DNA from: Kiritimatiellia bacterium
GTDB lineage: Bacteria > Verrucomicrobiota > Kiritimatiellia > RFP12 > UBA1067
Direction of reading: 5' to 3'
Assembly: GCA_035353175.1 (NCBI GenBank)
Contig: DAOPZC010000003.1
Location: forward strand, 62,473-126,472
DNA length: 64,000 bases
Each line of letters starts with the position of its first letter. Position 1 is the first letter of the stretch. Below the pieces are notes generated by a model. The model was not told where the DNA came from, made no database searches, and saw only the letters and a program-made list of their open reading frames with translations. Shown here one piece after another: positions 16,195-25,933 of this stretch. The translations under genes and the position numbers were made by a program.

Positions 16195-18336
16195 TCACCC
16201 TTCCCTCGGAAGCGCCCGCCTCTTTAAAACGACCTTCACCTGAACGACGTCGTGCCGGTTCTCTTCCGGCACGAAGAAGGTTTTCGCGAGCTTGGCCGAC
16301 GCATACGCCTGTTTCGCACGTCCGTCATCCCCTTCGAGCTTGACCTCCGGGTCGTCGGCTGCGCCGGCCAGAATCGAGACCGTTTGCTTCGCCAGCGCCA
16401 GCGTCTCCCGGTCGACGTTGCAGAACTCGCACGCCGCGTCCTCGTAACCTTCCGCCTTCACACTGGCGCGCAGGTTTGCCTCCGGCATCTTCCCCATGTA
16501 AAACAGCGAGCGCGCGAGATAGAAAAACGAGAGGCGCGGGATATCCGCGAAGAGCGCCTGGCCGTCCGCGTTGACAGGCAGCGTCCGCGACATCGGCTCC
16601 CAGCTGTCTGAGATCCGCCCGCTTCCGTATGCCCGGTCGATGTCGGCTGAATCGCCCAGCAGCCGGATCTCTTTCAACGCGACCTGCGCCCCGCTTACCG
16701 GCTTGCCGCCCTCGTCAACGACCGACACCTTCACGCCGGTTTTGTACCTGTCCTTCAAGAGCGGCATCAGCTCGGCTGACAGCAGCGTCATGTTCCGCAT
16801 CGACATGAAATGCGCTTTCTTAACCGTCGCCAGCACGTTCGTCAACCCTTTCGGCAGCGCGCCGTCGAGATCGGCAGGCAGCGCGTCAGCGATCGCCTTC
16901 GGAAATACGAAGGGTCTGAGCGGCGCAGAAGCCGCGATGGCTTTGGCCGCCGCCTCGTCCGCTGCTTTTTCCTCGGCCGCACGACGGGTCTCCGCAGCTT
17001 GCTTGTCCTGCGCCGCTTGGGCGAGGCGCGCCCGCGCCTGGTCCGGCGTCTCGCCCTTCAAAAGCGGCGCCCAGTATTGATCGTTGCCCGGCTTCACCTC
17101 TTTAGTGAGCTTGCCCTCGCCGGACACGTACGCGACCACCTGCCAGCGCTCGTTGAAGACCGTGTAGAGGATCTCGCCGCTTCGGCGCGTGTTCCTGATA
17201 TAATGCGTTTTTTTGCTCTTCGGAAAAAAGATGCTCTCTTCCGACTCCTGCGGTTTCTCGATGCCCGCGTAATACAGGTTCTTCTCCGACCGCAGCGGCC
17301 AGCCCTCCTCGTCATACGTGTGGTCTGTGATCCGCCACCACGTCCCACGCTCGTCAGTCTCCTTGAAGCGCTTGACTTGCCCTTTCGCAGGGCCCTCCGC
17401 GACCCGTTCCGTCTCCGTGCGGTATCCGTCCGAGCGCACAAAGACCTCTGTGCCGCTCGCGTTCGTGCAGGTGTAGTCGACCGGCGTGGCATAGCACGTG
17501 TTCGTCTCCTTTTGCTGCCAGAGATAGGCCACGCCCGGATACGCGACGTGCATGCCGCCCACATAATGGATCTCGTTTGTCGCGACGTAAGCCAAGATCT
17601 TCTTCCGTGTCTCGACCGCCTGCGCGGCGTCGACGTCGTACGTGACGGCGACCTCGGGGTGCGGAATCTGGAGGAGTGCCGCATGCGTGAGGTCTCCCCA
17701 TATGAGCAGCTTCTTCGTTTGCCCCTCCACGAGAAACACGGTATGGCCGGGCGTGTGGCCATCGGCGGCGAAAGCGGTCACGCCGCGAACGAGCTGGGCA
17801 GGCTTTCCGTCCTCCAGTTTCTGCGGGTGGAACAGGCGAAAGCGGCCGGCGTAAGCGTCAGCGATTATCTGCGCGTCGTCGCCCTTCTGCTTCCAGTGCT
17901 CGAATTCGCGCCGGGCGATGTAGACCGTCGCGTTCGTGAAGACCGCTACGCCGCCGCGCAGCAATCCGCCGATGTGGTCTCGGTGCATATGCGTGATGAG
18001 CACGGCGTCGATGTCGCCCGCGCCGACGCCGGCGGATTTCAGGTTGTCGAGCAGTTTGAGTCCGAGCCCCGTGTCCACGAGAACCGTCTTCCCGGCGGCG
18101 CGCACGAGAAACGCGTTGACCGCGTTGGACACGGAGCCTCCCGGCGCGTAGCGCTTCAAAATATCGTCGGTTGCGCCGATGAGGATCTCTTTCCCGATTG
18201 TCTGCTGCCGCTCGGCAAGCGTCGTCACCGTCGCACCGCCAAGCTGGAACTCGAAGGTCCCTGGCAAAACCGCCTCCTCAGCCCAAGCCGCCCAGCCCGC
18301 GAGGGCGATCATCCCGACGATAATGTTTGTTCTCAT
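16195..18336 (-). CDS. secreted metallo-beta-lactamase-fold hydrolase fused to a ~420-aa uncharacterised C-terminal region
   Basis: Signal peptide. The MBL motifs are ITHMHRDHIGGL (HxHxDH), ADGHTPGHTVFLV and LIWGDLTHAALLQ. Beyond ~aa 290 there is an Ala/Glu-rich linker (ARARLAQAAQDKQAAETRRAAEEKAADEAAAKA) and then a domain with no recognisable signature. The gene lies 8 bp downstream of the GH42 gene, so the two are probably co-transcribed. Confidence 0.8.
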   Translation of the reverse strand: MRTNIIVGMIALAGWAAWAEEAVLPGTFEFQLGGATVTTLAERQQTIGKEILIGATDDILKRYAPGGSVSNAVNAFLVRAAGKTVLVDTGLGLKLLDNLKSAGVGAGDIDAVLITHMHRDHIGGLLRGGVAVFTNATVYIARREFEHWKQKGDDAQIIADAYAGRFRLFHPQKLEDGKPAQLVRGVTAFAADGHTPGHTVFLVEGQTKKLLIWGDLTHAALLQIPHPEVAVTYDVDAAQAVETRKKILAYVATNEIHYVGGMHVAYPGVAYLWQQKETNTCYATPVDYTCTNASGTEVFVRSDGYRTETERVAEGPAKGQVKRFKETDERGTWWRITDHTYDEEGWPLRSEKNLYYAGIEKPQESEESIFFPKSKKTHYIRNTRRSGEILYTVFNERWQVVAYVSGEGKLTKEVKPGNDQYWAPLLKGETPDQARARLAQAAQDKQAAETRRAAEEKAADEAAAKAIAASAPLRPFVFPKAIADALPADLDGALPKGLTNVLATVKKAHFMSMRNMTLLSAELMPLLKDRYKTGVKVSVVDEGGKPVSGAQVALKEIRLLGDSADIDRAYGSGRISDSWEPMSRTLPVNADGQALFADIPRLSFFYLARSLFYMGKMPEANLRASVKAEGYEDAACEFCNVDRETLALAKQTVSILAGAADDPEVKLEGDDGRAKQAYASAKLAKTFFVPEENRHDVVQVKVVLKRRALPREG

Positions 18337-18344
18337 AAGAACCT

Positions 18345-21300
18345 TCAGCGTTGCGTGTTGCCGGCCGCGCGCATCTGGAGCAACAGCGGAACCATCGGCT
18401 CGACGGTGAAGGTCGGCTCCAGACGTTTGCCCGTGATGAGATCCGTCATCGGCGCGTCCGTGACGCCAGCCAGCGTGACGACCTTGGGCTCGCGCAGGTG
18501 ATTGCAGACCGATGCGACCCTGCCGTCGCCCAAGCGCGCCGCGCGGATCTCCACGCCAAATACCGGACGCCCCTGCGTGTCAACGACGCGCAGCGCAGGC
18601 GGCAGGCCCCACGCTTCAGCGCGCGCAGCAAGCGACTCAAACAGCGCCGCCGAATCCGCCGATTTCAAAAGCGTCTCGAAACCGGCGGCGTCGCGGGGCT
18701 GATTGTAGTCGTTCTCTGCCGGTGCCTCACCGACCACCACCGCGCGCACGCCCGCCGTCCGCAACTTCTCGAGCCCGGCCCGCGCGTCGTCGGGCAGGTG
18801 CGTGACACTTGGCAGCATAAGGACCTTGGCCGAATCGAGCGGCCGCGGCGCAACGCCCGTGCGCGCGAGCAACGCGAGCTTCTCTTCGGTCGCAAAGCCG
18901 AGCGGCTGCCCCAAGAAGTTGGCCGCCTCGTAGGCGTCGGTCAGCGCGTGCTCGTGGTTCTTGCCGAGCATGACCGACGACGGGCTCCACAGGAACACGA
19001 TGCTCGGCGCGAGGTTCTGGATCGCGGCGACTTCGCGCGCCAGCCGGTTGAGATCGAGGCCGCAACGCCCGACCGCCTCCACGCAGTCGGGCCGGTGCAG
19101 GATCGAGCCAGAGGCGTCGCTCGCGTAGTCGTTGCTGCGCTCCCAGAGCCAGATGGTCGTGGCGCTCTGCCCGTGGACCGCGTTCTGCCAGAGCGCCGCA
19201 TAGATGTGCGCCGGCGGAATCACGTCGAGGTCGCGGTCGACGATGAGGTGGTTCTCGGAGTTGACGACCGAGAGATCGGCCATGCTGCGCTGGAAGTCGT
19301 AACCCGCCTGGCAGTGCCGCCACCCGTTGATCCACAGCGAGCCGTCTTTGTCGTACATGTTGTACGCGTCGTTGCCGTTGTACTGGCTGAGCGCCGCAAA
19401 GGCACCGGGATCGACCGACCAGAAGCCGTGCAGCGTCTTCTGGAAATGCGCGCCCATCATGATCTTGGCATGCACCGGCAGCCCGGGCGCCATGTCATGC
19501 ACCACGTCCGCCATCCAGCGGTGGAATGCCGCAAAGGTTTCGTTGTTGAAGCGGATGAAGTCGAGGCACGCGGGCGTGTCGGTGAACTCCGGCTGCGGCA
19601 CGGGGATCGACGCGAAATCGGCGTACGCCGTGCCCCACCGCGCGTTGAGCGTCGCGATCGAGCCGTGCCGTTTCTCCAGCCACGCCGGCCACGCCTGGGC
19701 CGTCACGCGGCATTTCGAAAGATCCACGCAGATCGGCTCGTTGCTCAGACAAATCGAATGCAACGCCGGATGGTCCTTCACGCGCGGAATCACCTGCCGC
19801 AACGATTTTTCGATCACGGCGCGGGCGTCCGGATCATGCACGCAGTATTTGAAGAAGCCGCCCTCGCACGCTTTCAGATGCGGCCACTTCTCCAGCGCCC
19901 ACTGCGGAAAGTAGTGCGGACTCAAGAGGAGAATAACGGAGACGTTCGCCTGCGCGGCACGGTCGCAGACCGCCAGAAACTCCTGGATTGCGCGGTCACT
20001 GGTGTCCGTTTCGTTGGGCAGCACCGAGTTGGGGCCGAATTCGATCTGGATGATGTTGCATCCGTAACCGGGAAGCTTTTCGATGTCGCGCTTCACCTGC
20101 CCGAAGTGGCCATAGCCGGTGAACAGCACGGGGCCGCGCTCGGTCGTGCCGTCCGGGAAACGCCGTGTGCCGACCGTCTGCGCGTGCGAAATCTCCAACT
20201 TGCCTGTCGCGTAGCGCGGCACCGGGAAATCGGCGGCCTGTCCATCGAGAATGGCGCGGGCGTGCGCCTCCTCGCGGGCGGACATCTGGTCCAGCAGGCA
20301 GGCGGTGTCCCACGCGCGGTCGACCTTGCCGTCCGCGAGATCGGACGCGACCCATGGCACGAAGTTGTCGAGCACGGTCAGCGTCACGCGCGATGCCGCA
20401 CCGAGCCCCCTCTTCTCCAGCTGCTCCACGTCGGCGCGCAGCCGTTCGCGGGCCGCGACGGCCGGCGCGAGCCGTGCGCGGACGCGCTCGGACGAAACGA
20501 GGTTGACCGTGCCGGTGTGGCAGGCGGCCGGGCGGCCGTCGCGCAGCAGCCGGGCGGTGAGCGCGAGCGTTTCGGGGGCGCGGCCGCCCAGCTCCGCGCG
20601 CAGCGTGAGCAGGGCCGCGCGCGTGCCGGCCGCAAGCGCCGCCTGCTGGCGCGTCAAAACGCGGCCCGCGGCATCCGCCAGCTCGACCTCGACCGCACAG
20701 GCATGCGACGCGTCGCCGACGGTCACGACGCCATCGGCCTTGAACTCATTTCCGCAGAAGCTCCAAGCGTCGTTCGGCCAGCGCTGCGGCGCCCAGCGTG
20801 TGTTGATGGCGTGGCCTTTGTAAAGCACCTCCGGCGGTTCGGCGGGCGCCAGGTCCACGAAATCGGCCAGCGCCGCGCCCTCCAGCGCGGCGGGCACCGG
20901 GCTCACGCCTTCGCGCAGCGAGAGGTCATCCAGCCACACGCCCTCGGTCGGGCGGTCCGAGCAGATGCGCAGCACAAATTCCGTCTCTTTCTCGCCGGTG
21001 ACGAAGGTGTGCGCGACGCGTTCCCAGCGGCCGCGTGTGGCGGGCAGCGAGCGGCGGACCTTCCAGCCCTCGCCGCCGCCGATCCAGATGCCGGGCGAGG
21101 TCTTGCCGGTCTTCACGAACGCCGAGAGCGTGTAGCTGGTACCGGGCTTCACGGGCACGGGACGCGCCAGCCACAGCGTACCGTAGACGTGTGCGCCGAA
21201 AGCGGTGCCGTTGGTGATCTTGACGGCGGTCTTACCCGTATGAGGGCCCGTCGCATCCAGCATGAGCTTGGCGTCGGTGTTACGCCGATCCCAGTGCCAG

Positions 21301-21932
21301 CCCGCCGGGCACCCGTTCTCAATCTCCTCGAACGAGCTGTTCGGCACCAGGTTCGCGCCAGGCTCAAACGGCTGGAGCGTCAGGCGCGACTCGCCGTCGG
21401 CGAGCGGCGCCTCGTGGACGAACGGCGTCGCGGCCGCGCCGGGCTCCAGCATCACATCGTCGATCCACAACCCGGCCGTCGCGCTGTCGGTGTTGATGCG
21501 GAGCGTGAACTGCGTCTCGCCGGCTTCGGTGGCGAACGAACCGACCACGCGCTGCCAGCCCGCCGTCTTGGCGGGCAGCATGAAGCGGTGCTGCCAACGG
21601 CGGCCGCCGCCGATCCAGGCGACCCCGCCGCCGTCGGTCTTGACGTAGCAAGAGAGCGTGTAGCGGCTGTTGGGCGAAACGCCCACGGTCTGCGTGAGCG
21701 AACCGAAGACGTTCGGTTGTTGCGGCGTCGGGTTTTTCAGGCAGAGGGAGGATTTGCCCGAGCGCGCGATGGCCGGATTGGCCTGGCATGTGGCCATGGC
21801 CGCCCCGCCCTGCCAGTCCCAACCCGGAATCCGCTCCCCGTCAGCTTTCTCGAAGCTCGGATTCTCCAGCAGATTCTCCGCGACCGCCATCCACGCGATC
21901 AGCACCGCACACAAAACCGTCCACCCGCGCAT
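18345..21932 (-). CDS. secreted glycoside hydrolase family 42-like beta-galactosidase with two N-terminal CBM (family 4/9/22-like) modules
   Basis: Shine-Dalgarno GGGGAGG; signal peptide. Two ~180-aa N-terminal repeats each start NLLENPSFEKADGERIPGWDW / NLVPNSSFEEIENGCPAGWHW and end ...W(I/L)DD(V/L)(M/S)L. The catalytic region matches GH42-type signatures (WPAWLEKRHGSIATLNARWGTAYADF, HYFPQWALEKWPHL, SNEP). Confidence 0.85.
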   Translation of the reverse strand: MRGWTVLCAVLIAWMAVAENLLENPSFEKADGERIPGWDWQGGAAMATCQANPAIARSGKSSLCLKNPTPQQPNVFGSLTQTVGVSPNSRYTLSCYVKTDGGGVAWIGGGRRWQHRFMLPAKTAGWQRVVGSFATEAGETQFTLRINTDSATAGLWIDDVMLEPGAAATPFVHEAPLADGESRLTLQPFEPGANLVPNSSFEEIENGCPAGWHWDRRNTDAKLMLDATGPHTGKTAVKITNGTAFGAHVYGTLWLARPVPVKPGTSYTLSAFVKTGKTSPGIWIGGGEGWKVRRSLPATRGRWERVAHTFVTGEKETEFVLRICSDRPTEGVWLDDLSLREGVSPVPAALEGAALADFVDLAPAEPPEVLYKGHAINTRWAPQRWPNDAWSFCGNEFKADGVVTVGDASHACAVEVELADAAGRVLTRQQAALAAGTRAALLTLRAELGGRAPETLALTARLLRDGRPAACHTGTVNLVSSERVRARLAPAVAARERLRADVEQLEKRGLGAASRVTLTVLDNFVPWVASDLADGKVDRAWDTACLLDQMSAREEAHARAILDGQAADFPVPRYATGKLEISHAQTVGTRRFPDGTTERGPVLFTGYGHFGQVKRDIEKLPGYGCNIIQIEFGPNSVLPNETDTSDRAIQEFLAVCDRAAQANVSVILLLSPHYFPQWALEKWPHLKACEGGFFKYCVHDPDARAVIEKSLRQVIPRVKDHPALHSICLSNEPICVDLSKCRVTAQAWPAWLEKRHGSIATLNARWGTAYADFASIPVPQPEFTDTPACLDFIRFNNETFAAFHRWMADVVHDMAPGLPVHAKIMMGAHFQKTLHGFWSVDPGAFAALSQYNGNDAYNMYDKDGSLWINGWRHCQAGYDFQRSMADLSVVNSENHLIVDRDLDVIPPAHIYAALWQNAVHGQSATTIWLWERSNDYASDASGSILHRPDCVEAVGRCGLDLNRLAREVAAIQNLAPSIVFLWSPSSVMLGKNHEHALTDAYEAANFLGQPLGFATEEKLALLARTGVAPRPLDSAKVLMLPSVTHLPDDARAGLEKLRTAGVRAVVVGEAPAENDYNQPRDAAGFETLLKSADSAALFESLAARAEAWGLPPALRVVDTQGRPVFGVEIRAARLGDGRVASVCNHLREPKVVTLAGVTDAPMTDLITGKRLEPTFTVEPMVPLLLQMRAAGNTQR

Positions 21933-22160
21933 CAGTACCTCCCCGAAGAGCGCGGCCTATTACAAACTCGCGCAAACATCACAATAAACGAGGAACCGTG
22001 TGCCGTCCACCCTTTTGAGGGCGTTTACGAAATCGGTCTATGGCAAGTGGGATCCTGCGGGAAGACGACGAAGAGTTGCTCGCATGACACGTGCCGCACG
22101 AAACAGTTGGAATGCGTGCGGCAAGCGGTATTCCGCGCGACGCCGCTTTGAATCCGCCCA

Positions 22161-22193
22161 GAAAAAGCGGTGCCGCGCGACGCTTGTCACCGC
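22161..22193 (-). terminator. rho-independent terminator of the alcohol dehydrogenase gene
   Basis: On the minus strand: GCGGTG-acaagcgtcgcgcggc-CACCGC followed by TTTTTCTGG, ~30 nt after the stop at 22225. Confidence 0.55.
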
Positions 22194-22224
22194 ACTCCAG
22201 AACCAAGACGATCACGCCTCATTT

Positions 22225-23217
22225 CTAACTCCTCCGCATCTCCAGCACCGCCGCGCCGATGAGAATCCCCGACCGCAGATCATCCAGCGCCTCGTTGGCC
22301 CGTGCCAGCGGATACGTCGTCACGCGCGTCTCCATGCGGACACCTTCGATGGCCTCGAAAAACGCCACGCCGTCTGCGCGCGTCAGGTTCGCGACCGACC
22401 GCACACAGCGCTCCTTCCACAGCAGGCTGTACGGGAACGACGGGATGTCCGACATGTGGATGCCCGCACACACCACCGTGCCGCCGGGCCGGACATGTGT
22501 CAGCGCGGTCGGTACCAGCCCGCCCGCCGGCGCGAAGATCAGCGCCGCGTCCAGCGCGTGCGGCGGACGTTCCTCGCTGTTTCCCGCCCACACGCAGCCC
22601 AGCCCGCGAGCGAAATTCTGCGCTTCCTCATCGCCCTTGCGCGTGAAGGCGTACACCTCGCGTCCCTGGGCCACCGCGAGCTGCGCCAGCAGATGCGCCG
22701 CCGCGCCGAAGCCGTAGAAGCCGATGCGCCGCGCCTCCGGGACCATGCGGTACGCGCGGTAGCCGATCAGCCCGGCACACAACAGCGGCGCGGCGTGTTC
22801 CGACGACCAGCCCTCCGGTATTCTGAAGCAGTAGCGCTCATCGGCCACGCAATATTCCGCATACCCGCCGTCCAGCGTATAGCCCGTGAACTTCGCCGAT
22901 GCGCAGAGGTTTTCCTGCCCGCTGCGGCAAAAGTCGCAGACGCCGCACGTCCAGCCGAGCCACGGAATGCCGATGCGGTCGCCGATTTTCACGAAGCCGC
23001 ATTGCGGGCCCACCGCCTCGACCACGCCCACGATCTCATGCCCCGGGACCAGCGGCAGCTTCGGCTCTTTGAGCTCGCCGTCCACCACGTGCAGGTCGGT
23101 GCGGCACACGGCGCACGCCTGCACCCTCACCAGCGCCTGCCCCTCGCCCGGCTGCGGCCTCGGCAGATCGCGAAGCGACAAGGGGTTCCCCGCTTTCTCC
23201 AGCACCATCGCTTTCAT
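22225..23217 (-). CDS. zinc-dependent alcohol dehydrogenase (MDR family)
   Basis: Shine-Dalgarno AAGGAGG precedes the ATG at 23217 (MKAMVLEKAG...). Catalytic Zn ligands C..H (CAVCRTDLHVVDG, GHEIVGVV), structural Zn cluster C-x2-C-x2-C-x7-C (CGVCDFCRSGQENLC), and Rossmann GFGAAAH. Confidence 0.85.
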   Translation of the reverse strand: MKAMVLEKAGNPLSLRDLPRPQPGEGQALVRVQACAVCRTDLHVVDGELKEPKLPLVPGHEIVGVVEAVGPQCGFVKIGDRIGIPWLGWTCGVCDFCRSGQENLCASAKFTGYTLDGGYAEYCVADERYCFRIPEGWSSEHAAPLLCAGLIGYRAYRMVPEARRIGFYGFGAAAHLLAQLAVAQGREVYAFTRKGDEEAQNFARGLGCVWAGNSEERPPHALDAALIFAPAGGLVPTALTHVRPGGTVVCAGIHMSDIPSFPYSLLWKERCVRSVANLTRADGVAFFEAIEGVRMETRVTTYPLARANEALDDLRSGILIGAAVLEMRRS

Positions 23218-23328
23218 ACCGCACCTCCTTGTTTTTCGGCACGGGCACTTTAGCATTTTTTGCGGCCAGTCGTTGATTATCCATTCGCGCCACTAGCCGT
23301 CGGCAGACTGCGCGCCCCGGCCTGACGT

Positions 23329-24072
23329 TCAGTACGCCGTCCGGCACGCGATGCCGTGCGCCCGGCACGCCTCCGCGAGCTTCCGCCCCGTGTCCGCGAA
23401 ATACGCGTCGGTGTTCTGATCGGTCCAGCCCCATTTTCTGTAGACCCAGTCGGCGTGACGATAATTCATCCGGTCGATGATGAGGTGCTCGACATTGCCT
23501 TCCAGCATGCCGATCAGACCCTCGGCCCCGGGAAGGATCGGCGCGATCATCACGTACGTCCTGATGCCGTTCCGATGCAGGACTTCGACAGCCCTCAGCC
23601 GATCCGGAATCGGCGGTGCCAGAGGCTCAAAGCGCTTCCTGACGTCGTCGCTCGCCGTGGTGATCGAAAGCCCCACCTCCACCTCTTCCACCCCCTTCAA
23701 GATGTCTACATCGCGCAGCACCAGCGGCGAACGCGTCTGCACAGCCACCGGCCAGCGGTTCTGCACAAGGATCTCAAGGCACTGTCGGCTCAAGCGATAC
23801 GTCGCCTCCAAAGGCTGATACGGATCGCAGACGCCGCTGAGCCAGACGGTTCCCCGCTTTTTCTTCTGAATCTCCTTGCGCAGCAAATCGGGAGCGTTGA
23901 CCTTGACGTCCACAAACGCGCCCCACGGCTCCGCATGCCCGGTGAAGCGCTTCATGAAGCGGGCGTAGCAGTACGAGCACGCGTGCTGACACCCCACGTA
24001 GGGGTTCACGACGTAATCGTAAATCTCCGACTTGGACAGAACGGATTTGGCCTGGATTTCGCGGACAATCAT
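23329..24072 (-). CDS. small radical SAM protein (SPL/'DNA-repair photolyase' COG1533-like)
   Basis: The conserved start MIVREIQAKSVLSKSEIYDYVVNPYVGCQHACSYCYARF carries the CX3CX2C radical-SAM cluster motif; ~247 aa. The ATG overlaps the stop of the upstream SGNH gene in ATGA (24069-24072). The upstream 125 codons in the track belong to another reading frame. Confidence 0.75.
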   Translation of the reverse strand: MIVREIQAKSVLSKSEIYDYVVNPYVGCQHACSYCYARFMKRFTGHAEPWGAFVDVKVNAPDLLRKEIQKKKRGTVWLSGVCDPYQPLEATYRLSRQCLEILVQNRWPVAVQTRSPLVLRDVDILKGVEEVEVGLSITTASDDVRKRFEPLAPPIPDRLRAVEVLHRNGIRTYVMIAPILPGAEGLIGMLEGNVEHLIIDRMNYRHADWVYRKWGWTDQNTDAYFADTGRKLAEACRAHGIACRTAY

Positions 24073-25703
24073 TTGGGCATCGCCGAATACCGCAGGTCGT
24101 CGAGCGTGTCGCCCTCCACCGGAAGCAGCGCGCAGGCGAACTGGCGCTGCCACTGCAGGTGGTCGTTGCGCACCAGCAGGCAATTCCAGCCTTGTTTGAG
24201 CGACGCCTTGCCGATCTCCTTGTTCTTGCCGCCGCGGTTGAGGTCGGCGACCAGACCCCGTTCGCCGTTGATCCAGACCACGAAGCCGTGTGTGGCCGAG
24301 AAGGTGCGGTGCGAAAGCTGGATCTGCACCGGGCGCGCTTTCGCGCTGTAGACCCAGCGCACGGCGTAGAGCACGTCGTTCTCGCTCCCGAAACACAGGC
24401 TGTAGGGCACGATTGAATTCGGATCGTCGCCGGCCGTGTAGTCGACGCACGGCGTGTTCACCTGCCAGCCATACGTTCTCTGACCATCCGTGAACGGTTC
24501 CAGAAAATGTTTCCCAGACACCAAATCAGCCTCCATGAACGGCACGCTGTTGGTCGGCACGTAGCCCCGCTGCGCGCTCCATGCGCCGCCGTTGTCGGGT
24601 CCGCAGAGCACGCGCCACGACGCCGGGATCTGCACAGTTTGGCGAACCGTCTCCTCGCCCACCTTGGCGACGACCGTCACCGGATTCTGCAGCCGCTCGG
24701 GCGCGCCGCAGAGCGTGAATGCCGCCTCGGTCTTGGTCACGGGCGACTCAGCCACGCTCCAGCCCTCCGGCACTTCGAGCGAGAAGGTCGGCACGCGCAG
24801 AGCCGTCGCCTCCTTGCCATCGTTCCAGAAGCATTCAAGCCGGTACGTTTGTTCCGCACGTTCGGCGGGACACCCCGGCTGCGGTTTGAACCAGGTGGTC
24901 ACCGACGGCTTGGCGGGCGCCAGCTTGGCGATCTCGGCGGCGATGCGCGCGTCGAACGCGGCGACCAGCTTGTCGTCCTGCAGCGCCGCGACCATGCCGC
25001 GCGCGATGGCGGCGTGCCCGAGCGGCTGCTGCGGATGCACCGTGTCCGGAATGACGTGATAATCCTGCCGGACCTTGCGGCAACGCGTCACGGCGCCGAA
25101 GACCGACGCCCCGGTCGCGGCGGTGCGGCACTTCTCTTCCTTGGCGAGCTCGTTCGCCAGTTGCGTCAGCCGGTCGCGCACACGGTTCTTGGGCGAAAGC
25201 GGGTCCTCGGTGAGCGGCGTGATCTCGCACAGCACGATCTCGCGCGGCGTGACGCGCGCGCGGATCGCCTTGACCAGCTCGCGGAGTTTCGCCTTCCAGG
25301 TCTGCAAGACCGCCTCGTCGTCCCGCATCGTCGGCCGCAGAATATCGTTCATGCCGAGCAGGATGAAGACGATGTCGCCGTGCCGGGCGAACGCCGTCCG
25401 GACGTCGAAGCCGCCGGTGTTGGCGGGCACGGACTGCGTACGGCTCTTGACCTCCAGGCTGTCCGTCCAGTCGAAGAGCGTGTTGCCGGAGAAGCCGAGG
25501 CCGATGACCTCGTAACCGGACGCAGGATAGGCCTTGTGCAGTTCATTCGTGAACTGATGATAATACCCCTGCGAACCCCCCACGGCTTGCGCCGTGATGC
25601 TGTCGCCCACGAAAATGATGCGGTCGTTCGGCTTGAGCAGCGAGTCCGCAAAACTTAGACTGGCCGCCAGCGCGGCACCCCATGCCACCCGATACACGTT
25701 CAT
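24069..25703 (-). CDS. secreted SGNH/GDSL hydrolase (esterase) fused to a ~330-aa C-terminal beta-rich domain
   Basis: Shine-Dalgarno GAGGGGAGA. Signal peptide, then block I IIFVGDSIT, block III (LGMNDI), block V (DTVHP). The long C-terminal extension has no recognised motif. Confidence 0.8.
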   Translation of the reverse strand: MNVYRVAWGAALAASLSFADSLLKPNDRIIFVGDSITAQAVGGSQGYYHQFTNELHKAYPASGYEVIGLGFSGNTLFDWTDSLEVKSRTQSVPANTGGFDVRTAFARHGDIVFILLGMNDILRPTMRDDEAVLQTWKAKLRELVKAIRARVTPREIVLCEITPLTEDPLSPKNRVRDRLTQLANELAKEEKCRTAATGASVFGAVTRCRKVRQDYHVIPDTVHPQQPLGHAAIARGMVAALQDDKLVAAFDARIAAEIAKLAPAKPSVTTWFKPQPGCPAERAEQTYRLECFWNDGKEATALRVPTFSLEVPEGWSVAESPVTKTEAAFTLCGAPERLQNPVTVVAKVGEETVRQTVQIPASWRVLCGPDNGGAWSAQRGYVPTNSVPFMEADLVSGKHFLEPFTDGQRTYGWQVNTPCVDYTAGDDPNSIVPYSLCFGSENDVLYAVRWVYSAKARPVQIQLSHRTFSATHGFVVWINGERGLVADLNRGGKNKEIGKASLKQGWNCLLVRNDHLQWQRQFACALLPVEGDTLDDLRYSAMPK

Positions 25704-25933
25704 TCGATTCTCCCCTCAGTCAGCACCTTTTGGCGTCTGTCAAAACGCAGTATAACATCTTTCAGCGGCTGGCGCGCTTGCCATTTTCCGCGAAAAAAGG
25801 TACCGCATTCCGCGTCCGCGAAATCTTGTTTGTTCATTGTAATCCCTTTCGTTCCCCTCACAAATAACCGTTGCGCATCCACTTGTCTTTGGCGTATCCT
25901 CAGACAGTTTTCAATCTATATCAAGGGGCTAAC

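Noticed and set aside
18351-22151. 1266-aa plus-strand ORF
   Set aside because: It is antisense to the well-supported CBM-GH42 gene. Composition is R/A/G/D-rich with no start context or domains. GC-driven artefact.
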